64,000 nt of DNA from Podarcis erhardii. Lineage: Eukaryota. Made by a program: the position numbers and the translations under genes. Of the stretch, positions 50,320 through 61,838 are shown piece by piece. The notes below the pieces were generated by a model. The model did no database searches and had not been told where the DNA came from. It saw only the letters and a program-made list of their open reading frames with translations. Every line of letters begins with the position of its first letter. Position 1 is the stretch's first letter. The stretch lies in assembly GCA_964252035.1 (NCBI GenBank), contig OZ176207.1. One strand, 5' to 3'.

Positions 50320-52759
50320 TATATCAACCATGCCTTTAAAGTGGGGATGCTCCCATACTCACTATTAACAGCTTAATGCACATAGCCAAGGTGTATGTGA
50401 CTAGCAAAGAATTACAAAATAATGCGGGATCCATTTAGGCAAATAAAGCCCCCCAAGATTCCACTGGTGCACAAAACATGTGCGTTTTACCAAAACACAT
50501 ACACACACTACTCCTTATGCACTAGTCCAGAGCACCCAGCTGCTTAACAATGCTTGCGATGGTGATTTTAACACTGCCTTGACCATGTGCTACATATTCG
50601 TCTTCATCTGTCCTTTCTGCTGTGCCTTATTCTTTATTTCATCACACTTGCAGCTCTACCAGACTAATTGAACTGAGGCCCCAGGGCAATTCTTTTGAAT
50701 GGGCTAATCTGTCATTGGTAAAATTGAGAGGAACTGGCTCATAGGTAACTTCAGCTGGCCCTCTTGCATCTTTTAACAACTCACACAAATGATTTATCCA
50801 TATGAGCAGAGAAACTATGGAAGAGGGAACTGGAATATTGCTGGAGTAGAATTCTGAAAATGTATGTTTCCATTCATGGAAGCTGATCCTTAGTTCTCAA
50901 TGAGGTTACTAGTCCAGCATTAGCTCACACATTGGAACACATGCCTCATGCAGAGCTAATGTATGTGCCAGCCCCAATGCTTTAGAGAAGACATAGCACT
51001 AGGGTCTTAATAATGTGTGTCAATAAATTAATTAAGGCTACATTCTTATACCAATTTACCTCACAGGGATTAAGTTTTAACGAGGCATATATAGGATTGT
51101 GCTGTCAGTTAAAGTATTCATGCAATAACTAGCAAAGCAATTATGACATCAGTATGACCCAATGTGACCTTTCCCTATATTATGAGTAGCCAACGTGGTT
51201 GCCTTAATGCGGACTACAACTCCCTTTGTGCCTGGTGATTGGTCCTGCTGACTGAGACTGCTGGGAGTTGGAGTCCAACAGCATCTGGATGGTGACACAT
51301 TGGCTAACCCTGCATGACTAGTAGTGTGCCAATGGATGAAAGAGCACATTTTGCCACCGTCATGATGGGAGACATAGATAAAGCAACATATGCTTCCAGC
51401 CTGGCTACAGATTGCCTCTTATCCCTTCCTAACTTTGGTGTAGAAATTCTGCCAGAAATTTAACTCAGTATGCATGAATGCAATCTCTGCAACTTACAAT
51501 CTGCTGAGAATTACTTCTTTCATATGTGATACACACTGCAAAAATGTCGTGTTTCTTTCTTTTTTTTAAGGGTTTCCAGCCATCATAGACACAGAATGTA
51601 CATATTAATGAATTTTCCCAAGCTCTGTTTCTCTCACCCTCCAGCCCCAATAATAAGGCATGCCATCATCATCTACTCTGAATGGCTGACTACACACTTG
51701 CTTCAGCGCCACACAAAAGCAGTTTGATGAAATGTGTCCTTTCCCTGGGACCCCATCGTTCACGTGCATCGTTAGTCTGGGATGCAGTAGCCCTTTTGCA
51801 GCCTGTGGGTGAGTGCCAGATCCTATCTATCTACTTCTCAAAGTGGCTGGAAGCAAAAATCCAGAAACAAGGCATTTGGGGGCAGGGAAAAGCCCAGCAT
51901 CCTCCAGGAGATACAATGGCAAGTGAACCCCCCTCCTAGCAGTCCTGAATGCCTGACTCTGTCCATCCAGAAAGAAAAGAACAGTTTGAGGAGGGAGGGG
52001 TAAGTCTGTCAAGTTTGGCTGCTTGTCCTTGTTAGCAGACAATGAGGGAGCATTTGTGAAAAGCATCCCCCCCCCCCCCGAAATAATCACATGTTGATCT
52101 GGAAGCAGGCCAACAGCATCAAACAGTATTTAAAAACTTTTTTAAAAAAATGCCAAGAAAGTTTTTCATACAAACCGTAACAAAGAAAATCTCTTGAGTT
52201 CCACCCATATGTGTAGGGGGAATCCCAAACCAGTTGATTTCCCCCTCACTTCAAAGCCTTCTCCCTACCCCTAAAAAAGTTTCATCTGCCACAAAGCAAA
52301 TCGGCGGCCCCTTCATCCTCAACAGCTAAGGCGAGCATTGGAATCCACTACACCGCCAGCAGAGGAGATGAAAGAAAAGGCAGGGGAGGAAAAGAGAAGA
52401 GGGGAAGAAGGGGGGATGCAAATTGCAAACAGAAAGTCCTGGAAGAAGAAGAGAGAGGAGGCGAGGAAAGCCAAACGGGGAGCCATTGGGAAAGGCCAGG
52501 GGAAGAAAGATCCCTGCCACGGCTGGGGCAGAGGACTTTGACCCACACCAACACACATCTACAAAAAGTGCAAAAGAAACCAGAGACGCGCCCAGCCAAG
52601 TCTCCCATAGTGGCACCATCTGCTTTCTTCAAGCGAGACAAGAAGCTACATTCTAAACACGTGGTAGCCAGACAATAATGGCTCTTCTTTATGTTTAATC
52701 TGGTGGCATCGCCAGGGGTTTCTCTCCCTAACGAGAGAAAACCCAATCCAGCCTTCACG

Positions 52760-53770
52760 TGCATTTTTGCCCCTACAAGAACCACGTCCCTCGGGCAGCG
52801 CTCCTGGGCAGCCACCCGAAACAGGCTGGTCGCACCTTGCCCGGCTCGCCTTTGCAAACCACCCAGAGGACGTCGAAGTGAGTGGCCGGGGATTGGGGGG
52901 GGGGGAGTGGCGAGGAATGCCTGAAGGCGTCGCATCCTCCAAGTGGGAAACCCCAGCGAGGCGGCGGGGCAGGAAAGCCGGAGTCCGTTTTTGCACGTGT
53001 TGCAACGGCACCCTTCGCACGTGCTCGGCCGGCCACCCCCACCCCACCCCACCCCACCCGGCACTGCCATTCTGAGGCGCCGCGCTAAACCTTCCGCGGG
53101 GGGGGGGGCGGGAGTCCCTCAAGTCCCGACCGGCGCGGCTTCCTCACCTCGGAGCTGGCCGTCGGCCACGGCGAAGAGCAGCGAAGCCAGGAGCGCCAGT
53201 TGCCAGGAGGAGCAGCAGCAGCAGCAGCCCATCTTCGTCCCCCGGGGATTGCTCGCCGGCGGCGGCAGCAGCTCCACAGGTGGAAGCGCGGGAAGCCTCA
53301 GCCTGAGAGGAAAGTTTCCCCGGAGCCTTTTTGTTGCTGCTGCTTCGCCCAGCGCGCCAATCCCCCCCCCCCCGCCCCGTTCCTCCTTCTCCCCTCCCTC
53401 AGCCCACCCCTTTATTGCCGCCCGCCTCTGCCGCCCCCTGCGGCAAGTGAGCCTTCCGTCCCTCGAAAGCGGAGAGAGGGTAGGGCAGATACCATTCCCC
53501 AAAGGGCGGGGTTCTCCCAGAGGGCTCGGGGCTGGCTCCTCCTCTGGGAACCCGCGAGTCAACAAAGCTGCCCTCCAAAGGCTCCAGCCCAAGATTCCCA
53601 GGGCGGTGGTTGGACTACCCGAGCCCCTTCCCAGCCACAGCGTCGTCCCTTCCCTCTCTCCCTCTCTCCCCCCCCCCTCGTGGTTCGTTCCAGCAGTAGC
53701 TGGGGTAGGCGCAGGGGAGACACATTCTTGAGCCGCTCAGAGCTATTTTAAGCCGACGTGCCGCGACCCC
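52760..53770. promoter_or_regulatory. CpG island covering the LAMA1 promoter, exon 1 and start of intron 1
   Basis: Abrupt GC- and CpG-rich stretch in an AT-rich, CpG-poor background. GC boxes (GGGCGG at 53504-53509). TATA-like AATAAA on the minus strand at 53411-53416, about 180 nt upstream of the ATG. Boundaries judged by eye. Confidence 0.85.
53148..53232 (-). CDS. LAMA1: LAMA1 exon 1, signal peptide (MGCCCCCSSWQLALLASLLFAVADGQLR-G), 85 nt
   Basis: ATG in strong Kozak context (AAGATGG), hydrophobic core, donor G|GTGAGG. Phase 1 matches exon 2. Confidence 0.92.
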
Positions 53771-56253
53771 CCCCCCCCCAAAAAAAGAGAAATCTCCCGA
53801 GGAAACAAGAACAATGACTGTAGAGCCGCTTGCGTTTAGTTACGTTGCAAGCTTTGCATTCAACTCAAGGAATCCGTTGTGAGACAGGGTGTTTTGAACA
53901 CGAAGAATATGCTCTATCCTACCCATGTGAAATGCCCACCCCGGGACATCCTGTGTTACAAAGGAGAAGTGGCATTTGGTGTTGGAATGACGCTTTGTAT
54001 AGTCTTAAATCAGGATAAAGCCAGTGAATACATGGGGAGGGAGACAGAGAAGTATTCATATACAATGTTCATTTAATTCCACTGTGTATCCGAAGCCATA
54101 ACAGAAAAGTTGCTCTCTCACCTTGGAGCTTGATTTGAGCTGCAATTCAGAACCAGAACTTGTTTTCACGTTTGGAAGGATATCCACAACTTATGAAAAG
54201 TGCATTTTTAGGAGTGCACCCCAAAGTTGGCAGTTGCACACCTGACATTAGGGGGCAGAGCTTTGTAGATCAGCTGGTGGAGTTCTGATGTAGGCTGATG
54301 GGCACCAGCACCTCTTTATAAATTAAGCAGCAGGGGCCAAATTTAGGGGCAGGCAGGGCCCAAGCCTGAGGTGCCTGGCCTGGGATCAGGGAGCCTGCCA
54401 CTCAAATCTCACATATCTAGTACCAACATTTTATCTTCACATTTAAAGCTGACAACACCTTTTTAAAAACCTCATTGCCTATGCAATACCTAGTATCATG
54501 AGTGATGGTGATCCAGATACATGTTGCCTTCTATAACAAAGTTAAGCCATGCATCATAGTTGTGAAATGGGCTACAACTGTGATAATAAAGAAAATATTC
54601 TAAAAATATTAAACCAATAGAGTGAATGTGATAGATGCTCCTTGCCTAGGGTGCTGTTTGATGTAGGAGCAAGTCGTCGCATGTCCTGATGATGGGCACC
54701 CTTAAATTGCCTCTTAAGATTTAGAATGCATTTCTATGAAAAATTTTAGTTGGGTAGACAGGAAGTAGGTAGTTACCTGAATACTCATTGAACTTAAAAC
54801 TATGGTTCCATGTAGATCTTTAGCATGAGATAACTATAAAAAGTTGGATCTGAATGGAAACTCAGTGGTTGAAAAAGATCAGTCTAAAACAATAGATGAA
54901 CCAAGACAAAGCTGCAGAATATGCATTTATAACATGGTTCACATGTTCATGGAAACTGACAGTGAACCACATAAATGCTTCTCCATTTTGTACCATATTA
55001 TATTATTAGGCAGAGACAGGGAGCAGTGACGAGGTATTGCAAACTGTCCCCTTCCCTCTATGAAAGTTTATTGCTCTCAGATGCAATACTAGATGATGAT
55101 TCATTATCACTACTGATGTACCATTCAAATACCAGAACATTTAATGGCTTCTGGACATTTAATGGAATCTTATTTTGCATTAGGTGCCAAAATACCTTGC
55201 ACTGGCCCAACTTGTGGTTAAGAGAGAAGCTGGTTTTCTGACTGTGTCCCCATTATATTGGGGGGTGCTTCAGAATCCTGTCCAAAATATATTAGGTTGC
55301 AATTCTGTTAAAGCATCTGCAACAATGAAATTATAGATTTCTACATACTTTCTGGTTGTGAGTTGAAAGGCATTGTGAATCTAATCTGAAATAATTCTAG
55401 AGTTTGCTTTAAGATAATTCCATCACTAAATTTGCCTTAGTGTTTGATGACCTGGTATCTTGCTATCTTGATGAGTAGGAAAAGACAACTTGCAAATGTA
55501 TTCAGTATAAACTGAAGGCTGGGTAAAGGGGATTTAGTAATTTATAAAGATTGTGTTTCTGTGTAAACAAGAGCTGTTGATTAGAGTCATGTTACTAAGA
55601 ATGAGAAACATGTGGAATCAGAACCTAATTAGGAGTCTCAAGAGATAAATTCTCTTGCTGACTTTTATCATCAGTCTCTGCACTGAGACAAGTAAAAAAA
55701 AACTTTTCAGGTGTGCTTGAGTTGCTATCACTGACTCAACATTTTAGCTGTTCATTTACCATGACAATATTCTTCTATCTTTCATCTCCTGCCTAGCGGC
55801 TTTGAGTGTGCTTCTATTTAAGTCTTAATTTTAAATGCAGCAGTACCACACCAACCTCATTTGGAATAGATCAGCCTCATATAAGCAACAAGTGTATCTC
55901 TAATTAATGCATTAGGGGGTTAAGACCATAGAGTAAACTGTCCTGCCAGGCTTAGCTATGTCACACACCCTCACCTCTGGGAGGAAGGGATACTAAGCTC
56001 TTTGTTATCTCTCATTCCACAGTGTGAATCCTACCTGTAAGGAGATCAAAGCTGCATGCTCCAAGTTCAGACCATGTGGCTTTAGCAAGCCATCTTTGTG
56101 TTTCTATACCAAAAATTTAGAAACTTTTACCATTTTGCAACTAAGTCATAGTGCCAATCTTTTCTTTCTGCCGTATGGAAAAGCACATGAATCTGACCTT
56201 TGAAGAATTTGTAAATAAATCATTTTTAAGTTGCCAGATGTGTGGTCTCTTTC

Positions 56254-56388
56254 TAGTGCTGTTTTTCTAGAAAAAGAAGTGCTGGAATTCACAATGAACA
56301 CCTCCCTTGTTCTCTTACAATGGCAGTGGTGCCCACCTGAGGTGCCGGAATTAAGTTCCGGCAAGATCCAGCGGGGAAAAAAGCCCTG
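56254..56388. mobile_element. hAT MITE upstream of LAMA1
   Basis: Ends TAGTGCTGTTTTT and AAAAAAGCCCTG; 8-bp TSD 7/8 (tctctttc / tttctttc). Confidence 0.75.
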
Positions 56389-57729
56389 TTTCTTTCTATG
56401 CTAAAGGAAGTGGGGGACTTTGGAAGCAATTTAGAAGTGGATATTTCAAAGGTCTAATAGTCCATGTTTCCATGTTTTACTTTGCTACTAGTTTCAGTGG
56501 CTATCAGTCACCACTGATGACCAGTCGACAGCATAGTATTCTCTGCTTAAGGCAGAAGTAAGAAACATGTGGGCCTCTGGCTGTTGTTGAACTTCAGCTC
56601 CAGCCAGCATGGACAACAGTCAGGAATGATAGGAGCCGTAGTTCAATAATATCTGGAGGACCACAGGTCTCCTTTCATTAGCATGAAATAAACCAAGACA
56701 TATAGTGTCACGTTTCACTTGTTTAAAGGGATCTGAGACCCAAGGGTCCAGGGAGAATCAAAATTACTGAAAACACTGGGAGGTGATGTCCAAGTCTCTC
56801 TCTCTCCCCCCCCCCCCCGCACACACATGCAAAAGCTCTATGATGGTTCTCTGTTGATTGACCTTGCATGTAAAGAAGCTCAGGCCTGAAGTGATACAGG
56901 ACCACTCCAAAGCCAGTGTTGGCCCAGCTCCTGACAGTTAAAACCAAGGTGGGCCTTCTGTGAACCCTTTCAGCTGATTAATTCACAAAGAGAACACAAC
57001 AGGACTTTCTAAATCATTCTCCTTACCAGTGGAACTCATTGTCCAAAATATAGCTGACTCATTGCCCAAAATATAGCAAGATAAACTATTCTTTTCAGGA
57101 AATTACTGACAGGTTATTTTGGTTTAAAAACATTCATTACTGTTTTTTGTTATATAAAAACTGATATTTTATTAGGTTTGTATGATTTTACTGATTGATA
57201 TGTATTAAAGTATAACAAGCCATTCAGCATTATCATTTGATTATTGCCTCTCTTTGCATAACTAGCAAAAAAGTGGCTTAATTTCCCTTGCAGATTAAAC
57301 CAAAATGTTGCTTTTTTCTTTAAAATCATTAAAACCAGTTCTATAAAGTGCAGTATCTTTATTTTTGTTCTTAAAGTTATTACTTCTACTAAAAGTGTCA
57401 GTGTTAGAAAGTTATTTAAAAGCTAGGCATAAAAGACCCCCCCCACACACACACAGTATCTTGTTCCATTTAATTGCGGGCTTGCAACAGTTGTATCATA
57501 TTTCAAACAGGCTCTTGTAAATAAAGTATATTCTTTGAAATTGTTGCTTTATTCACTATTTATTTACAGTGGAAAAAATGTGTAGTAAAGGGCCAATGCC
57601 ATTTGGGTGCAGGGTTTATGCAGCTCCCATTTTGGCAGTTGCTCAGGAGGTAACGAAATGAAATGAAAATCCTTACGTATTCCAGGTGAAGGCAGGAACC
57701 ATCCTCACCCATTTGACTTCATGATATTA

Positions 57730-58190
57730 TCACACATGGTGTGAGTCTCTTGATTCTCTTTGACCTCTCAATGGCACTTGGTACCACCAACCACAGCATT
57801 CTTCTGGGACACCTGGCAGAACAGATCCTGGTGGCACTGTACTGAACTGGATCCTATCCTGAGGGGTAGGATCCAGAAGGTGGGTCTGGAGGACTATTTG
57901 GATTGTGGTTCGTGGAGCTCTACAGGATTCCATTCTATCCCCTATACTTCATTAACATCTGCATGAAATCCCTGGGTTGAAGACATTTGGAGACTGGGAT
58001 GTGAAGTCATCAGTACATTGATGAGGCCCAGCTGTTTCTCATTTGCATCTGATCCTAGGGAGGCAGTGGAAACACTGTTAGCTATGAAAGTCTGGATGGA
58101 ATAGCGGAAGCAATCCAGACAAGATAGAAGTACTGTTGGCAGGTGGGCCACCAGAGGCAGGACAATGCTTCTTGCCTTTAGTCTTATTTG
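57730..58190 (+). mobile_element. L2-clade LINE reverse transcriptase fragment, degenerate
   Basis: DLSMALGTTNHSILLGHL (cf. DLSAAFDTIDH) and HQYIDEAQLF (cf. YADDTQL; codons YIDE at 58014-58025). Confidence 0.8.
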
Positions 58191-58299
58191 GCTTTGTGAT
58201 GTCAAATCACCAGGAAACTCCTCCTCTTTGGAGAATGATTGCAGGGCCAAAGGCACAGGTTAGGGAAACTGTTGATGCACCACCCATTCTGCTGACTAA

Positions 58300-58705
58300 C
58301 AACTTCTCTGATAATGATAGTGGTCCTGGGCAACTTCAACATCCACACTGAGGATGTCTCAGGCCATAAGATTTCATGGCAAACATGGGACTATCTCAAA
58401 TGGTCATTGGTCCAACACCCACTCAATTTGGCTCCAAATGGGAAGAGGAGTGGTCCGGAAGTAGAAGGGGTAGATACTGCTCCATTGTCATGGTCAGACC
58501 AATTTGTGGTGATGTTTGGTCTAGCTTTTCCCACCTCAGAGGTGGGGACCTGTTCAGATGGTCTGCCCTTGGAGGCTGATGGAATTTAATGGATTCCTGA
58601 TGGCTCAGGAGGACTTCCCAGTGGAGAGAGCAAGTGCTCCTGTTGAAGCTTTTGTTTTACAGCAGAACAGTGAAGTGAGGACAGCAATTGAAACAATCAT
58701 TTCTA
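58300..58705 (+). mobile_element. L2-clade LINE endonuclease fragment, degenerate
   Basis: VVLGNFNIH (cf. GDFN) and PLSWSDQFVV (cf. SDH) APE-endonuclease motifs in ORF 58314..58589. Confidence 0.75.
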
Positions 58706-58721
58706 AAGGTTCTCTCTAGTG

Positions 58722-58858
58722 CAGGCACCCCCAACCTTCGGCTCTCCAGATGTTCTGGACTACAATTCCCATCATCCCTGACCACTGTTCCTGTTAGCTA
58801 GGGATCATGGGAGTTGTAGGCCAAAACATCTGGAGGGCTGCAGGTTGGGGGGTGCCTG
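58722..58858. mobile_element. Palindromic hAT-Charlie (URR1-like) MITE
   Basis: TIRs CAGGCACCCCCAACCT, internal CAGATGTT..GGACTACAA / TTGTAGGCCAAAACATCTG palindrome, perfect 8-bp TSD CTCTAGTG. Decayed relatives near 49940-50030, 51205-51310 and 56575-56670. Confidence 0.9.
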
Positions 58859-59081
58859 CTCTAGTGCTATAGAGATTGCATTGCTCCCTGGGATTTCAAG
58901 TTTGATGAAGCAAACTTTTTAATGGCTTTTTAATGGCTATATAGTAATAATTAATCTATTAGTTTGTCAGGTATTTAACAAAAAGACAAACATAACAGTA
59001 TTTGGCAAAGGGTAGATATTTTTTATTGCACTGTATTCCAGTTATAGTTAAAATAACTTTTTCTTTTTCCTTCCTCTACAC

Positions 59082-59235
59082 CTGTGGTTCCTAGTTAGTT
59101 AAGTACTGCAGACCCCTTGTTTTTCAAAAGCCAAGGCAAGCTTTTGAAAATGTTGATATCTCTTAGGTAGTTTTTGTTACATGAATGGTGCCACAGACCC
59201 ACTGGGGTTCTCAGACCACCAGTTGGAAACCACTG
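59082..59235. mobile_element. hAT-Charlie MITE, degenerate
   Basis: Ends CTGTGGTTCC and GGAAACCACTG; TSD 6/8 (ctctacac / ctctaagc). Confidence 0.65.
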
Positions 59236-59332
59236 CTCTAAGCGATCGTCTCTCAATTCTTTTGGAAGCTTGCTTAAATAATCTTCCTCACGAAATGCTT
59301 CGGACTTTTTCTTTTGAATGAAGTGTAGATAT

Positions 59333-59346
59333 CCACTAGATGGCAC
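59333..59346 (+). promoter_or_regulatory. Candidate CTCF binding site CCACTAGATGGCAC
   Basis: Close match to the CTCF core CCAC(C/T)AG(A/G)(G/T)GGC(A/G)C; motif only. Confidence 0.55.
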
Positions 59347-60807
59347 TGTTTGATTGCACTGTTAAAGCAGCATGTCTCAGAGAGATTATATAAGCAATTA
59401 CAATTTGTAGCAAAATATATGGCAGAGGAAAAATTACAGCAACAAATCTACCATGCTCTCAACATTAAATCATCAGGAACATAATATGGCCTATGGCCAA
59501 TATGGAAATAAAACTGAACCGAACCATTTCTCAAGTAGTGGAAATCATCAGGAACATAATAATGACATACCTGTACATAATGCTAGAATCCATCGGTAAA
59601 ATGTTGTCCACAAAATGTGAGAAATATCCAGCTTACTATGAAATATTTCCCCTGCAAAATATGTGTGGATACACAATATAGAGATTGGCCACTTTCATGC
59701 TTATAGTACACGGGTGGAAATTGGTACCATGTATGCTGAATCAAGTTGAGTGTGGGGTTTTTTACAAGATTTATACCTCAGTAGTGAGAAGACAGGAAGT
59801 GGCCTTGCAGTTATGTGTTCTTTATGATGCTGAAGCTGCTTCCTGGTTCCCAAAACCTTATTTAACAAAGAGCTCTGTGAATAGCCTAAATCATTTATTT
59901 GACTCAACACCACAAAATATGAATTATAGTACCCCACATTGTGCACCTCCATCAATGGTCCACCATTATTCTCTGGGCAGGGGGAGGGATGTGTTGTTTT
60001 ATGCAAAGTACATTAACACAAAAGAACCTCAGTCCACAATTATGAAAAACTAAGCACTGGGTCACCCTCAAATGATGCATGTATGCCAGCAGGGGAATGT
60101 TCCCCATGACATGCCATAGAATTGAATCCAGCCCACTGCTATCTTCCTGAACAAGGCACTGTCAACTTTAGCAACTTCACAAGAAACTTCACAATTTCAC
60201 ATGTTAAATGAAATGTTTATTTAGTTTGTCATGGGGGCATATATGGTTTGACTTGTTCATTTTCCAATTAGTCATCCTAATTATCACCTTTTCCTTCTCA
60301 AATCAATGTTCATTGTCCTCTGAACTTAAGTCCTGGTTACTAAAGTTGGTTAGTTTGTACATGAGCCCATTTTTCATGCACACACATTCTGAAAGCTCAC
60401 ACTTGCAGGGTAGTAGACTGAGCACGGTCTCAGGTCCTGACAGGCCCTTCATCAAGGGTACAGCTAGCTGCTCAGTTGCACCTCTGACTTTCAATTTCCT
60501 GCGCCTCCCAACAGGCCTTGGTGTTTTTGAGTCCTGCTCTAAACACCTGTTCCATATCGCAGCCTGATAGTTTGCACATTGGGCATGTTTCATCAAACAA
60601 TCCCTGCATGGTGGCAGTTGGCAACTCTCTACCTTTCAAGTACATGTGGTACCTTAGATCACTGACATTCACTCCAGGAAGTTTGGGAGTATAAAGACAA
60701 CATGCATCTGTCTCTAGTTTTTTCCATTATATCAGCTTACAGATTCCACTCTTCCTCCAACTCATAATATGTTTTCCAAAATTTTGCAGGGCATTTGACT
60801 ATTTTTT

Positions 60808-61088
60808 AACAATAACAATAACTTTTTATTTATACCCTGTCCACCTGGCTGGGTTTCCCCAGCCACTCTGGGTGGCTCACAACAGAATATTAAAAACACG
60901 ATAAAACATCAAACATTAAAAACTTCCCTTCTAAAGTCTTTTAAAAGTCAGTTGTTTGTTTCCTTGACACCTGATGGGAGGGCATTCCACAGGGTGGGCA
61001 CCACTACCCAGAAGGCCCTCTGCCTGGTTCCCTGTAACCTCACTTCTCACAGGGAGGGAAGTGCCAGAAGGCTGTCAGAGCTGGGCCT
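60808..61088 (-). mobile_element. L2 3' fragment inserted into the Academ relic
   Basis: Reverse complement of the lizard L2 3' UTR (CCCCAGCCACTCTGGG) with an A/T-rich tail; Academ coding sequence resumes on both sides. Confidence 0.85.
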
Positions 61089-61795
61089 TTACTGGCAAAT
61101 GCACTTGCATGATCCTATCCAGTGTGTGCATGCTTCCTAATCAAAGCCCTACATGCATCTCTACCAAGCCTTGAGGTGATTTTCCCAATGTCAGAGTGCT
61201 GCAAGTTGTACCACCTCATTTCAGGAACAATTGTGCCACAATTATGTCACAAAATTCTAGGCACATAACCAATACATACGTTTCAGCAAAAGCAGAGCTC
61301 TATTCAGTAGCAAGGGATGCATGCAGACATAGTCCTGCATTCCCCTTCTTCATGCATACGCCAGGGAGAAGGCACCTCCTTGCTGCTGTCTTTTTTATTT
61401 TACAGATTTCCCATTGATTGTTGTGAAGAGCACCTTCTCCCCCAGCTTCTCTCTATAATCTTTTTTTCTGCCACTCATCATTTAGTAATGTGATCAGACT
61501 GGTATTGATGTTGCTTTCAGACAGAAATTTCTTCCACGGTCTTACAATTTGTGCATTGGTGATACTCTGTAGGCTATGTGCAGCCTCTTCACCTCTAAAT
61601 GATCTTTCACAGCTTTTGATTGACACTGCCTGGTAAGTGTCAAACACAGCGCCCTTTTACTGTTGCTCTCTTCCCTGATTGCCACGGAAGAAAACTGTTT
61701 ACGCAACCTCTCCAAAGTCACCTTTCACCTTCTGCACTAGAGTTGCCTGGTTCATCCTCTTCTTCTGTGGCATTCCTCTTCAGTGAGTAAGCTTT

Positions 61796-61796
61796 A

Positions 61797-61838
<42 letters not shown>

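Larger units (their letters stand above)
271..53232 (-). other. LAMA1: Laminin subunit alpha-1 gene, coding exons 1-32 (3' part lies beyond the window start)
   Basis: 32 exons with AG acceptors and GT/GC donors join into one uninterrupted 4696-nt frame. Domain order is LN-LE-L4-LE-L4-LE. Peptides such as GLFPAILNLA, FCKLVEHVPGRP and INGRPSADD match recalled alpha-1 chain sequence. Confidence 0.97.

Noticed and set aside
52319-53122. Overlapping 67-240 aa ORFs on both strands in proximal intron 1
   Set aside because: Purine/pyrimidine-skewed low-complexity sequence with no recognisable domain or splice context.
271-53148. U12-type (minor spliceosome) introns
   Set aside because: No donor matches RTATCCTT; all are U2-type GT or GC.
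52943-53751. Long plus-strand ORFs (262 aa, 183 aa) antisense to exon 1, including a poly-Gln run
   Set aside because: Stop-poor GC-rich CpG island; low-complexity Pro/Ser/Gly products; the Gln run is simply the reverse of the (TGC)5 leader repeat.
59095-59346. 83-aa minus-strand ORF with a protein-like start (YLHFIQKKKSEAFREEDYLSKLPKELRDD)
   Set aside because: GTG start inside the CTCF-like motif, second half is a hAT MITE, no family recognised. A blastx search would settle it.
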